DNA of 64,000 bases, taken from contig CAVTDB010000026.1 in the NCBI GenBank assembly GCA_963733375.1, forward strand, positions 384,001 to 448,000, given 5' to 3'. This document shows, one piece after another, positions 1-11,499 of the stretch. This DNA is from Nitrospirota bacterium. GTDB taxonomy: Bacteria; Nitrospirota; JACRHJ01. Both the position numbers and the translations under genes were made by a program. The notes under the pieces were generated by a model. The model worked only from the letters and a program-made list of their open reading frames with translations, ran no database searches and was not told the origin of the DNA. Position 1 is the stretch's first letter; every line of letters begins with the position of its first letter.

Positions 1-1257
1 GACGGCAAGGACGTCGTGATAGTCGAGGTAGGCGGGACAATCGGAGATATAGAGAGCCTGCCATTTCTGGAGGCTATCAGGCAGTTCAAGTATGACATCG
101 GCTCGTCAAACGTCCTGTACATCCACCTGACGCTCGTGCCGTACATCAGCGCGGCGGGCGAACTGAAAACGAAACCGACGCAGCACAGCGTCAAGGAACT
201 GCTTTCGATAGGTATTCAGCCCAACATACTGCTTTGCCGGACCGACCGTCCGCTCCCGCCGGAGATGAAAAAGAAGATCGCCCTTTACACGAACGTAGAA
301 AGGGAAGCCGTGATAACGGCGAAGGACGTGGGAAATATTTACGAAGTCCCGCTGAACCTCCACGAAGAGGGCCTGGACGACCAGATCGTGAAGCTCCTGA
401 AACTCCCGGAAAAACCGCCCGACCTCTCCAGCTGGCAGGACGTGGTAAGGAGGATAAACAACCCGCGAAAAAACACCACCATCGCCCTTGTCGGCAAATA
501 CGTCGAGCTGAGGGAATCTTATAAGAGCCTGCACGAGGCGTTGGTGCATGGCGGCGTGGCCAACGACTGCCGCGTCAATATCGAATGGGTGGACTCCGAG
601 GAGATAGAGGTGCACGGGCCCGAGAAATACCTGATGGACGTGCACGGAATCCTGGTGCCGGGAGGTTTCGGGAGCAGGGGGATAAAGGGAAAAATAGCCG
701 CCGTGAAGTTCGCGAGGGAGCGGCTTGTCCCGTATTTCGGCATCTGTCTCGGGATGCAGGTCGCGGTAATCGAGTTCGCCATGAACGTCTGCGGCCAGCA
801 CGGCGCGAACAGCACCGAGTTCGATGTGAACGCGGTTGACCCGATTATATACCTCATGGAGAGCTGGTACGACTATCAGAAGCAGTCCATGCAGACACGG
901 ACCAGCCAGTCCGACCTCGGCGGCACGATGCGCCTGGGCGCGTATCCCTGCGTGCTGGAAGAGGGGACGATGGCGCGCGAGATGTACGGGCGCGAAGAGA
1001 TCATGGAGCGGCACCGCCACCGCTACGAGTTCAACAACCTCTACCGGGACATAGTCTGCGGGGCGGGTCTTAAAATATCCGGCACGTCGCCGGACAAGGA
1101 GCTTGTCGAGATCGTGGAGATACCGGGCCACCCCTGGTTCCTGGGATGTCAGTTCCACCCGGAGTTCAAGTCCCGCCCGCGCGACCCGCACCCGCTTTTC
1201 AAAGGGTTCATCGGCGCGGCGATAAGGCACCAGCAGTCGGAAGAACTGGCGCTGTAA
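1..1257 (+). CDS. pyrG: CTP synthase (5' end outside window)
   Basis: [20 protein letters not shown], glutaminase GICLGMQ, RHRHRYE, QFHPEF motifs. Confidence 0.98.
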   Translation, partial: DGKDVVIVEVGGTIGDIESLPFLEAIRQFKYDIGSSNVLYIHLTLVPYISAAGELKTKPTQHSVKELLSIGIQPNILLCRTDRPLPPEMKKKIALYTNVEREAVITAKDVGNIYEVPLNLHEEGLDDQIVKLLKLPEKPPDLSSWQDVVRRINNPRKNTTIALVGKYVELRESYKSLHEALVHGGVANDCRVNIEWVDSEEIEVHGPEKYLMDVHGILVPGGFGSRGIKGKIAAVKFARERLVPYFGICLGMQVAVIEFAMNVCGQHGANSTEFDVNAVDPIIYLMESWYDYQKQSMQTRTSQSDLGGTMRLGAYPCVLEEGTMAREMYGREEIMERHRHRYEFNNLYRDIVCGAGLKISGTSPDKELVEIVEIPGHPWFLGCQFHPEFKSRPRDPHPLFKGFIGAAIRHQQSEELAL

Positions 1258-1265
1258 GCAAAGTC

Positions 1266-1331
1266 GTTACTTTTCTTTCTGTCTTCGCTATCGCTCTGGA
1301 CAGGTAAATCATCTCGAGAAAGAAAAGTAAC
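1266..1331. repeat. REP-like inverted repeat, 15 bp perfect arms with 36 nt interior
   Basis: GTTACTTTTCTTTCT (1266-1280) is the exact reverse complement of AGAAAGAAAAGTAAC (1317-1331). Confidence 0.8.
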
Positions 1332-1354
1332 ACAAAAGAAAGCTGGACTTTAAA

Positions 1355-1398
1355 ACAGTCTAAAAATTTTTGGCGTTACCTTTTTACAAAAAGGTAAC
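1355..1398. repeat. 44 bp dispersed palindromic repeat, copy 1
   Basis: 41/44 identical to 44887-44930; contains hairpin GTTACCTTTTT-ac-AAAAAGGTAAC. Confidence 0.88.
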
Positions 1399-1411
1399 AG
1401 GTTTATAGGTT

Positions 1412-2235
1412 ATGACTAAAGAAATCAAAATAGGCAACATTAAAATAGGCGGCGGCAATCCGCTCGTGCTGATCGCCGGGCCGTGCGTAATAGAGTCCGA
1501 GACGAAGCTCGATGGACGCCGCCGAGCAGATAGTCAGGGCGGCTGAGAAGCTCCGCGTGCCTCTGGTTTTTAAGTCGTCATTCGACAAGGCGAATAGGTC
1601 TTCATCCTCGTCTTATAGAGGCCCAGGCTTAGCGGACGGTTTAAAATTACTTGCGAAGGTGAAGGAGACGTTCAAGGTCCCGGTGATTTCCGACATCCAT
1701 CTCCCGGAGCAGGCGGCGCCCGCGGCGGAAGTATTGGACGCGCTCCAGATACCGGCGTTCCTCTGCCGGCAGACGGACATCCTCCAGGCGGCGGCGACGT
1801 ACGGGCAAGCCCGTGAACGTGAAGAAGGGCCAGTTCATGTCCCCCTGGGAGATGAAGAACGTAATAAATAAAATAAAAGAGGCCGGCTCGGACGATATCA
1901 TCCTAACCGAGCGCGGCACGTCATTCGGCTATAATAATCTCGTCGTTGATTTCCGTTCGATGGTCGTGATGCGGGAGATGGGCTATCCGGTGATATTCGA
2001 CGCCACGCACAGCGTCCAGTTCCCGGGCGGCGGCGGGGATAAAAGCTCAGGCGACAGGCAGTTCGTCGCGCCCCTTGCGCGCGCGGCGGCGGCGGTCGGC
2101 ATCGACGGCATCTTCATGGAAGTCCATCCATGCCCGGACGAGGCGCTCTGCGACGGCCCGAATATGGTGGATATTGCAGGGATGGTCGAAATCGTAAAAA
2201 AGGCGTTCGCGGTCCGGGAGGCCGCAGAGGCATAA
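1412..2235 (+). CDS. kdsA: KDO 8-phosphate synthase (frameshifts near 1510 and 1800, probably sequencing errors)
   Basis: [10 protein letters not shown] read from ATG 1412; [47 protein letters not shown] spread over three frames. Confidence 0.95.
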
Positions 2236-3191
2236 TGCTTAACGGCGCAAAAAAAGTCCTGAGAATTGAGGCCGAGGCGATACTTGCGCTTATCGACAAG
2301 ATAAACGGCGAGTTCGCCAAGGCGATGGAGATAATCCTGTCCTGCAAGGGCCGGGTCGTCGTCACCGGCATGGGGAAGTCCGGCCTCATCGGGAAGAAGA
2401 TAGCCGCGACTCTTGCGTCAACCGGCACGCCTGCGCTTTTCCTGCACCCCGCCGAGGGAATACACGGCGACCTCGGGATGGTGATGAAGGGGGACGTGAT
2501 AATCGCCATATCCAACTCCGGCGAGACGGAGGAGATTGTCAAGCTGCTCCCGGTATTTAAAAGGTTAATGGTCCCCGTAATAGCAATGACCGGCGGGATG
2601 AAGTCAGCCCTTGCAAAGGCCGCCGAAGTCACGATAGACGTAGGCGTAGCCGAGGAGGCGTGTCCGATGGGCCTGGCGCCGACCGCTTCCACGACCGCGA
2701 CTCTTGCGATGGGAGACGCGATGGCCATTACGTTACTTGAGAAACGCGGCTTTAAGGAAGAGGATTTTGCCTGCTTCCACCCGGGCGGAAGCCTGGGTAA
2801 GAAGCTTCTTCTCAGGGTAGAGGACGTGATGCATAGCGGGGCCGACGTGCCGGTGGTGAAGGCGGATACCTCCATGCGCGAGGCCCTTTTTGAGATAACG
2901 TCCAAGAAGATGGGCATCACGACGGTCGTTGACGGCGAAGGGAAGTTAGTTGGCGTCATAACGGACGGGGACCTCCGGCGCTATTTAGAGAAGTCAGATG
3001 ATCTGTTCTCTAAAAATGCGGGAGAACTGGCGCACGGGAACCCGAAGATGATAAGCCGTGACGCCCTGGCGGCAGAGGCCGTGGCGGTCATGGAAAAATA
3101 TTCAATAACCTCGCTTCTATGCGTTGACGGCGAGGGGAGGCCTGAGGGGATAATCCATCTGCACGATCTACTGAAGGCGGGGGTAGTGTAA
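2235..3191 (+). CDS. kdsD: Arabinose 5-phosphate isomerase (SIS + CBS domains)
   Basis: GMGKSG, HGDLG, SNSGET, APTAST, FHPGGSLG; ATG overlaps the kdsA stop. Confidence 0.95.
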   Translation: MLNGAKKVLRIEAEAILALIDKINGEFAKAMEIILSCKGRVVVTGMGKSGLIGKKIAATLASTGTPALFLHPAEGIHGDLGMVMKGDVIIAISNSGETEEIVKLLPVFKRLMVPVIAMTGGMKSALAKAAEVTIDVGVAEEACPMGLAPTASTTATLAMGDAMAITLLEKRGFKEEDFACFHPGGSLGKKLLLRVEDVMHSGADVPVVKADTSMREALFEITSKKMGITTVVDGEGKLVGVITDGDLRRYLEKSDDLFSKNAGELAHGNPKMISRDALAAEAVAVMEKYSITSLLCVDGEGRPEGIIHLHDLLKAGVV

Positions 3192-3721
3192 TGATAAGAG
3201 AAGAGATACGCCGGAAGGCCTCGAAGATAAAGCTCCTTATATCCGACGTGGACGGCGTCCTGACGGGAGGCCAGATAATACTGGATGACAAGGGGACGGA
3301 ATATAAGGTGTTCAATGTCCGGGACGGCCACGGGATGAAGATGCTGATGCGTGCCGGCGTGGACGTGGCGCTACTTACCGGAAGGCAGTCCAGGGTGGTC
3401 GAGATCAGGGCGCGTGAGCTTGGCATAGAGCACGTAATACAGGGGGCGCTCGATAAACTCCCGGCTTACCTGGAACTCAAGGACAGGCTGGGGATGAAAG
3501 ACGAGGAAATCGCCTATATCGGAGACGACAATGTCGACCTTCCGGTGATGAAGCGGGTGGGGCTTTCCATATCGGTCTCGGACGCTGAGCCGTACGTGAA
3601 GGAGGCGGCGGACATGGTGACGGAGAGGAAAGGCGGCCAGGCGGCGGTGCGCGAGGCGATAGATTACATCCTGAAGGCGAGGGGGGACTGGGACGCGGTC
3701 AACTCAAAATATTTTAGTTGA
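3191..3721 (+). CDS. kdsC: KDO 8-phosphate phosphatase (HAD family)
   Basis: DVDGVLT, FNVRDG, IGDD..DL motifs; in kds cluster. Confidence 0.95.
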   Translation: MIREEIRRKASKIKLLISDVDGVLTGGQIILDDKGTEYKVFNVRDGHGMKMLMRAGVDVALLTGRQSRVVEIRARELGIEHVIQGALDKLPAYLELKDRLGMKDEEIAYIGDDNVDLPVMKRVGLSISVSDAEPYVKEAADMVTERKGGQAAVREAIDYILKARGDWDAVNSKYFS

Positions 3722-3788
3722 TAATTGGCCTTCCGATGCTGTAAAATCCGGAAATCATTAACTAACGGGAACATGAGGAAAACTGGCT

Positions 3789-4370
3789 TTGAACCTCCCG
3801 AACGCCCTTACTCTTCTTAGAGTCCTGCTTATCCCGGTATTCATCCTCTTCCTTTCCTCATATACACCGTTCAACCTGACGCTTGGCACCCGGGCCATGG
3901 CCGCCACGGGCATTTTTTTCATTGCCTCCATCACCGACTGGCTCGACGGCTACATCGCCCGGCGCACCGGCCAGATAACCAAACTCGGAAAACTCTTCGA
4001 CCCCATCGCGGACAAGCTCCTGACCTCGTCCGCGCTTATCCTGCTCGTATCGCTCCACGGACAGGTCCCGGCCTGGATTGTAATCGTGATAATCGGGAGG
4101 GAATTCGCCGTAACGGGGCTTCGGGCGGCGGCTTCTTCGGAGGGCTATGTAATACCCGCCGCGGAAGGGGGGAAAGCGAAGATGGTCTTCCAGACCATAG
4201 CCATAATCGCGCTCCTGCTGGACCTTGGGGTTAAGTTTGCGTACCTGGATATGTTCTGGATAGGCATCGTCTCGCTCTGGATATCCATGCTGCTCGCGGT
4301 GATTTCCGGAGTCCAGTACTTCGTGGAGTACTGGGACAAGATCGGCCTGTCCGGGGAGGGCGGCCAGTGA
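3789..4370 (+). CDS. pgsA: CDP-diacylglycerol--glycerol-3-phosphate 3-phosphatidyltransferase
   Basis: NLPNALTLLR; DWLDGYIARRTGQITKLGKLFDPIADK CDP-alcohol motif. Confidence 0.95.
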   Translation: MNLPNALTLLRVLLIPVFILFLSSYTPFNLTLGTRAMAATGIFFIASITDWLDGYIARRTGQITKLGKLFDPIADKLLTSSALILLVSLHGQVPAWIVIVIIGREFAVTGLRAAASSEGYVIPAAEGGKAKMVFQTIAIIALLLDLGVKFAYLDMFWIGIVSLWISMLLAVISGVQYFVEYWDKIGLSGEGGQ

Positions 4371-4948
4371 CCTGGGCCCTGTGTCTGCTGGCCTATATCC
4401 TGGGTTCCATCCCGTTCGGCGTGCTGGTTGCGAAAGCCTACGGCGCTGACCTCCGCTCGAAGGGGAGCGGCAACATCGGCGCGACTAACGCGCTTCGGGT
4501 GCTCGGGAAGAAGGCGGGCGCGCTGACTTTGCTGGGAGACATGCTGAAAGGCGCGGCGGCGGTCCTGATAGCGCTAAGGTTCGGGGGTTATGAAGCGGGG
4601 ACGTGGGCCGCGGGGGCGGCGGTCCTGGGACATGATTTTTCTATATTCGCGGGGTTTAAAGGCGGCAAGGGGGTCGCTACCAGCCTGGGGACAATTCTGG
4701 CGCTGGAGCCTTTTATCGGCCTTGCCTGCGTGGCGGTCTGGCTGGTTGCCTTTATCGCGCTCAGGATATCGTCCGTCGGCGCGCTGGCCGCCTTTACCGC
4801 GCTGCCCCTGCTGGCCCTGGTGTTCAAAGGCGGCAACTATTTTTTTATTATACTTTCCTTCTTCCTTGCAGTTATGATATTTATTAAACATCGGGAAAAT
4901 ATAAAAAGACTAATTAGAGGGGAAGAGGCCGGATTTTCCCGGAAATAA
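4367..4948 (+). CDS. plsY: Glycerol-3-phosphate acyltransferase PlsY
   Basis: GSIPFG, GSGNIGATN, FKGGKGVAT, HRENIKRL. Confidence 0.95.
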   Translation: MTWALCLLAYILGSIPFGVLVAKAYGADLRSKGSGNIGATNALRVLGKKAGALTLLGDMLKGAAAVLIALRFGGYEAGTWAAGAAVLGHDFSIFAGFKGGKGVATSLGTILALEPFIGLACVAVWLVAFIALRISSVGALAAFTALPLLALVFKGGNYFFIILSFFLAVMIFIKHRENIKRLIRGEEAGFSRK

Positions 4949-4971
4949 CTTAAGAGCAACAAGTAAATGTT

Positions 4972-6866
4972 ATGATGGCACGGAAAATAATATTTGTTAT
5001 CATCGCAATGGTCCTTTTCGCGGCGCCTTCTTTCGCCCAGGATGCGCCAGCGCCCGCCTCTGTTTCTCCTTCAAAGGCTACTGATATATCGTTCATAAAC
5101 GGCGCGGCTTACGGGAAGCTTTCGGAGGTCCGGAAAAGGCTGGAGGCGAAAGACTACGAGGGCGCCAGGAATGGTCTTCGCGGCCTGGAAAGCTTCTGCC
5201 TGGACTTGGGGATTACGTCGTTCGAGCCGCTGTCGGCGGCGATGTTAAAGCAAGGAAAATCCCTTCTGGATGCAAAAGATACAGCCGGAGCGCTGTTGCT
5301 CATTAATTCCGCGGTCAGGATATCCCCTGATTACCCTCCGGCTTATTTCGCAAGAGGTTGGGCTTACTTTGCCCAGGACAAAATGAAGTTCCTGATTACT
5401 CTCGATTCATTCCGGGAAGGATTTATTAAATCCCTCAGAGACTTCTGGTGGACGTTCTTCTATGCCGGCAACAAGTTCGCCAGCTTCCTTTTCACCCTCG
5501 CCGCCCTCTTCTCGCTTTTTGGGCTCTGCATGGCGGTCAGGTACTCCGCTCTTTTCTCCCACGACATCTCGGAAGCGATTAAAAAGAAAGAATATGAACC
5601 GTATCTGACGTATATAGTCCTGCCGCTGTTCCTTCTCGCCGTGCTCGGCCTGCTCGGCTACTGGTGGGCGGCCTCGGCATGCTTCCTTTCGTTCTGGGTT
5701 TACTTCAATAAGAAAGAAAAAGCGCTTGCCATTTGCTTTTTCGCCCTGCTTGTCTTTATGCCGGAGATAATCGGGAACTTCTCAAACTTCCCGCAAGCCG
5801 GAGGAAACAGGCTTCTTTGGGTGATGGATGAAGTGAACAAGGGGCATCTCCACAGCGGGGCGGAGGAATACCTGGAATCGGTGACGTCGAAAGAGCCCGG
5901 AAACGAGGCGGCGGCGATGACGCTCGCCGAGTTGTATAAAAAATCCGGGAGATATGACGATGCCGCCGAAGCCTACGAGAAACTTTCGACGGCATCACCC
6001 TGAAAATACGGTTTATCGAAACAACCTGGGCAATGTGTATTTTCTGGCCGGAAGGAACTCCGACGCCGTGAGAGAATATCAGGCGGCAATCCGGTACGGC
6101 CCGAAAAGACCCCTGCCGTATTTCAACCTCAGCCAGGTTTATGGAGAAAACCTGATGTTCCCGGAAAGGGAGAAGGCGGACCTGGAGGCTAGGGAGCTTG
6201 ACCCGGCTTTGATTTCAGCCCTTCGGGAAAGAGCCGGGACCGAACCGGTGAGGATGGTATTCGACTATCACGGTCCCTGCCGAGACATTCTGGCGGATAG
6301 CTTTTTCCTCCGGACATAGCGGGCTTGCGGATTCGCTTTGGGAGATGACGGTAAAGGTGCTGCCGTTAAAAGGCACTCGCCTTGCGGGGATTTCCTTTAT
6401 TCTCCTGGCTTTTGCCGTCAGTGCGCTCAGGAAGAAGGGGGTTACTTCTCATTTCTGCAAAAAATGCGGCAAGGTGAGCTGCAGGAAGTGCCAAAAGCCC
6501 AATTACAGCAAGGAACTCTGCCCCGAATGCCACCAGATATTCGTAAAGCTGGAGGGCGTGGAGGCAAGGGACAGGGTGCGCAAACTTCTCGAAGTGCGGG
6601 AGAAGAATAGAAAAAAATCGCTATTTTACCGGTCCGTCTCCCTGGTAGTGCCGGGGACCGGTCATTTTCTGACGGGACATCCGTTCAGGGGATTTCTGTT
6701 CATGGGTGCTTTCATTTTCTTCGTAAAGGATATATTCTTCGGACAATTCCTGGATGTCCCGTATGAATTCCGGCTCCCGTTCCTGCAGCCGGATATCCTG
6801 CTGATGTCTATACTGTTGCTGGCTTTTTATCTCCTTTCGCAGTTTAGCCTGCGCAAGGTAATTTGA
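4972..6866 (+). CDS. Multi-pass membrane TPR protein with C-terminal Cys cluster (frameshifts near 6000 and 6270-6340)
   Basis: Signal peptide, TPR helices (PDYPPAYFARG, YRNNLGNVY, YFNLSQVY), TM segments, CKKC-CRKC-CPEC; joined from three ORFs. Confidence 0.75.
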
Positions 6867-6873
6867 GGCGATA

Positions 6874-8044
6874 ATGGCGCTTGAAGGCACTATAAAAGAT
6901 TTCGGCCTTGCTGATATTTTTCAGTTGATCGGCCTTCAGAAGAAAACGGGTACGCTCTTCCTTAAAGGGCTTGAGACCACGGTCAACATCCATTTCGAGG
7001 ACGGGGCCGTGGTAAAGGCCGAAGAAAGCCTTAAAATCCCCAAATATTTAACCGGCAGGATATTAATAAATCTCGGAAAAATTGAGCCTTATCAGCTGGA
7101 AGAGGCCCTCGAGGTCCAGAAGACGACTGCGCGCAAGATAGGGAGCATCCTCATAGGTCAGGAACTTATCAACAAGGATGACCTTCAGGACGCGCTCTCT
7201 TTCCAGATGAAAGAAGCAGTTTACAGGGTCTTCAGGTGGAAAGGCGGCGATTATAAGTTTTATCAGGATAAAGTGGAATACGACCGCGATACCGTGGTCC
7301 CTTTAAGCTCCGAACATCTCCTGATGGACGGAGTAAGGATGCTGGACGAGTGGCCAAAGCTGGAAAAGATACTTCCTCCGTCGGATATCGTGCTGGAGAG
7401 AGACGCTCTGAAAACGGTTTCAGAAGACGAGCCGGCCGGGGATGGGGATATTTTTTCGTACGATGAAGGCCCGGGCGGCCTCTCGAAAGAGGCCCTCCAG
7501 ACCCTTAAGCTGGTCCGCGGAGGCAAGACGGTATATGAAATTATCGAGTCCTCGCCCCTGGGGGAATTCGACGCCTCAAAGGCGATCGTCGAGCTTTTGC
7601 GCAAAGGCTTTTTACGGAAGACGGAATCACTGCCGGAGATTATCCTGCATGAGAAAAAGATAAGGCATCCGAAGGTTGCTTCCGAGTGGCTTGTTTACGT
7701 CCTTTATGTCATGGTTGCCGCCGCGCTTTCTCTGATTTTCCTCCAGGTGACTGGCACAAGGAGGATAATGGACCCGAGAGTGACGCGGTTCCCGGAACGT
7801 GAAAACATCCTTCTGCACCGTCCAGGTCGAGAAGGTGCGGGATAATGCGGATCTTTATTATTTTGATTACGGCTTTTATCCTAAAAAACTTTCCGCCCTT
7901 GGAACGTTGGATTATGATTCGGATTTAACCGATCCATGGGGAAGGATGCTTGAAATGAAATTCAACAAGGGGGAGGTTATCGTTGAAAGCGCCGGGTTGG
8001 ACGGATATATCGGCACGGATGACGACATCTCCAGTAATCCCTGA
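6874..8044 (+). CDS. DUF4388 protein with MshEN-like repeats, TM helix and GspG-like C-terminus (frameshift near 7790)
   Basis: MALEGTIKDFGLADIFQLI...KTG DUF4388 start; G.IL...G.I....L..AL..Q repeats; DPWG...SAGLDG..GTDDDI in the downstream frame. Confidence 0.75.
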
Positions 8045-8080
8045 GTGAGTTTACATAATATATCTTATAGGACATTATAA

Positions 8081-9332
8081 TTGATAATTCGAGCACGAAA
8101 GCTTCTGCCTGTAACCAGCCCGCCCATCGATTACGGCGCTATCGTCATTCAGGGCAGCAAAATAATCGCTCTGGGCAAGGAAAAGGTTATATTAAAAAAA
8201 TATCCCGCGGAGAAGGTCGTTGATCTCGAGGACCGTCTGGTTATGCCCGGGCTGATAAATGCCCACACCCACCTCGAACTCTCCCAACTGAAGGGAAAGA
8301 TCGGCGAGCGCCGCGAGTTTTTCGACTGGATAATAGAACTGGTGGAAACCAGGCGCAGGCTCGGCACAAAAAATCTTGAACAGGCGGTAAGGTCTTCACT
8401 GATTGAGCTTTTAACATCGGGCACTACCTGCGTAGGAGATATATCCTCCACCGAAGCCGCGCTTCCCATGCTCGCTAAAAGCGGTCTCCGGGCGGTGGCG
8501 TTCCTGGAGGTCTTGGGCCCCGAAGAGCAAAAGTCGGAACAGATTTTTGAGGCCTTGAAGAAAAGGCTGGGAAAACTTAAAGACTTATCGAGCCTCATTA
8601 CCCCGGGAGTCTCCCCGCATTCGGTTTATTCCGTTTCTCCGTCATTAATCAATAGAATATCGGATTATACTTCAGATGATAGTTTACCTATACAAGTACA
8701 TCTGTCTGAAACAGAACATGAAAAGCTCTATATAAATGGAAAATCCTCCAGGCCTTGACGGGTATCTGGAACACTTCGGATGGAAAGGTATTAAAAAGGA
8801 AAAATCAAAATCGCCTCTGGGGTTCCTCAACCAATCCGGGCTGAACAACTTCACGGCCGTCCACTGCGTACACCTAAGCGGCCCCGATATAAAATTAATG
8901 GGCAAAAATGGGATTTCGTGCGTATTCTGTCCCAGGAGCAACTATTTCCTGGGAGTCGGGAAGGCGCCGGTGGAAGATATGGCCGAGGCAGGGATTAACC
9001 TGGCCATCGGGACCGACAGCCTGGCAAGCAATATCGACCTCGACCTCTGGGAAGAGATGCGGTTTGCCTACTTAGTCAGCCGTCTTCCGGCAAGGAAGCT
9101 GATCGAGATGGCTACGCTAAACGGAGCGAGGGCCCTCGGACTGGAACGGATAACCGGTTCGCTTGAGCCGGGCAAGGAGGCGGACCTTATAGCCATTAAT
9201 ACTGACGCCGCAAAGGAAAAAGACCCATATTACCCCCTGCTCATGGAGACTCGGAAAGAAGATATCTCCGCAACCATTGTTCAGGGAAAACCTCTTCATT
9301 CAACGGATGGATATATCAGCTATGGATTTTAA
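8081..9332 (+). CDS. Metal-dependent amidohydrolase, probable aminodeoxyfutalosine deaminase (frameshift near 8740)
   Basis: PGLINAHTHLE, SPHSVY, HLSET, VHCVH, CPRSN, GTDSLAS; directly upstream of mqnE/mqnC. Confidence 0.8.
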
Positions 9333-10400
9333 GGCGCTTAAAAACAAGCTATCCTCCGGCGGGAGGTTATCCGAGGCGGAGGCAGTGGAACTCCTCGCGC
9401 ACCGAGGATATCTTTTCGCTCGGAGAGATGGCAAACAAGGTGAGCGAGAAGAAGAATAAAAAGTTCGTCCATTTTATAAAGAATAGGCACATAAACCCAG
9501 GTAATATTTGTATTAATCGCTGTAAGTTCTGCGCGTTCAGCCGGAGCGCCGGCGAGAAAGGCGCCTACTTTTACACTATCCCCCAAATGGCTGAAATGGC
9601 CAGGCAGGTCCGGGGAAAGGTAAGCGAGTTCCATATTGTAGGCGGCTTAAACCCGGAAATGGGTCTGGATTTTTATAAAGAGCTGTTCCAGGCATTAAAA
9701 AGCGAGGTTCCGGGCGTTTCGATAAAAGCTCTGACTGCGGTGGAAATTGATTATTTGTCAAGGCTTTCCGGACTTAAAGTTAATAAAATACTTGAAGAAC
9801 TTCGAGAGGGCCGGGCTGGACTCCATGCCCGGCGGCGGAGCGGAGATATTCAGGCAAAAGGTACGCGGCCAGCTCTGTCCGGAAAAAATAGACGGCAGGC
9901 GCTGGCTGAGCATAATGGAGACGGCGCATAAAATCGGTATAAGGACTACCGCGACCATGCTCTTCGGCCATCTGGAATCCTTCGAGGACAGGGCGGACCA
10001 TCTTCGGAGGCTCCGGACTCTCCAGGACAAGACAGGAGGGTTCCTCGCCTTTATCCCCCTCCCCTTCCACCCGAAGAATACGAGGATAGAGAAGACGCAC
10101 CCCATAAGCGGCCTGGACATCCTCCGGACGGTCGCGGTCTCCAGGCTTTACCTGGATAACTTCGACCACATCAAGGCGTACTGGATAATGACGGGTGAAA
10201 AGCTCGCCCAGACCTGCCTGCTTTTCGGCGCGGACGATCTGGACGGCACGGTGATTGAGGAAAAGATAGCCCACGACGCGGGGGCCGAGAGCAAAGAAGT
10301 GATGACCGTCGAGGATATAACCTATATAATAAAAAAAGCCGGCAAGGTGCCGGTCGAGCGGGATACTTTCTACCGCCGGTTAAAGGTTTGGGACCAATGA
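9322..10400 (+). CDS. mqnE: Aminofutalosine synthase MqnE, radical SAM (frameshifts near 9400 and 9805)
   Basis: CINRCKFC, EFHIVGG, KALTAVEI, SMPGGGAEIF, HIKAYW, GADDLDGT. Confidence 0.9.
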
Positions 10401-11456
10401 AGGCACTTATAAAAAAAGCGGCGGGCGGAAAGCGTCTGACAAAGGAAGAGGGTATTTCAATTTTCCTTAACTCGGACCTCTTGTCTCTAGGCAGGGCGGC
10501 GGATATGGCGAGGAAACGCCTGCATCCGGAGGGCATCGTCACCTTCATCGTGGACAGGAACATAAATTACACGAACGTATGTGTAAACCAGTGCAAGTTC
10601 TGCGCTTTCTACAGGACGGAGGAAGACTCCGAGAGCTACCTCCTGCCTGACAGCGAGATATTTCAAAAAGTGAAGGAGACCGTTGAGGTCGGCGGTACGC
10701 AGATACTTATCCAGGGCGGGCTTCACCCGAAACTCGACATCTCCTATTACCAACGGCTCTTCTCCGGGATAAAAGAAAGGTTTTCCGTCAATATTCACGG
10801 ACTTTCACCAGCAGAGATAAAGCATATTGCGAAGAATTCAGCTCTAACCATCAGGGAAGCTTTGCTTTTGCTCCGGACGGCCGGACTTGGATTCCATCCC
10901 TGGAGGCGGCGCGGAGATACTGGTGGACAGCGTCCGGGGAGAGGTAAGCCCTAAGAAGATCACGTATGAGGGCTGGCGGGAAGTGATGCTGACGGCCCAG
11001 GAACTGGGTTTTCCCACTACCGCGACGATGATGTTCGGAGGGGTGGAACGGCCCGAGGACATAGTGGAGCACCTTTTCCGGGTACGCGAGATGCAGGACG
11101 TGCACCAGGGCTTTACCGCCTTCATCCCCTGGACCTACCAGCCGGGCAATACCGAGCTTGGCGGAAAGACCGCGACCGGGATCGAATACCTGAGGGTCCT
11201 GGCTTTCTCCCGGCTTTTCCTGGACAATATCCCCAACGTGCAGGCGTCGTGGGTCACCCAGGGGGCCGCAATGGCCCAGGCGGCCCTCAGGTTCGGAGCG
11301 AATGACTTCGGGAGTACGATGCTGGAGGAGAACGTCGTAGCGGCTACAGGAATAAAAAACCGCTTAGATATGAGCGACATTGTATATCTTATTAGGAATG
11401 CTGGTTTTGTTCCCGCTCAGCGAAATACCAAGTATTCAATTTTAAAGACATTTTAG
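10397..11456 (+). CDS. mqnC: Cyclic dehypoxanthinyl futalosine synthase MqnC (frameshift near 10890)
   Basis: DRNINYTNVCVNQCKFCAFY, QGGLHP, AFIPWTYQ, QASWVTQG, GANDFGSTMLEENVV. Confidence 0.92.
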
Positions 11457-11499
11457 CCGCAATTTTGAAATTTCCTGTCTTTTCCTTGAGTTAGCTTTC

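Noticed and set aside
106-1230. Long antisense ORFs (also 2114-2959, 22702-23442, 27489-28193, 33179-33793, 40048-40869)
   Set aside because: Shadows of GC-rich sense genes with no recognisable motifs.
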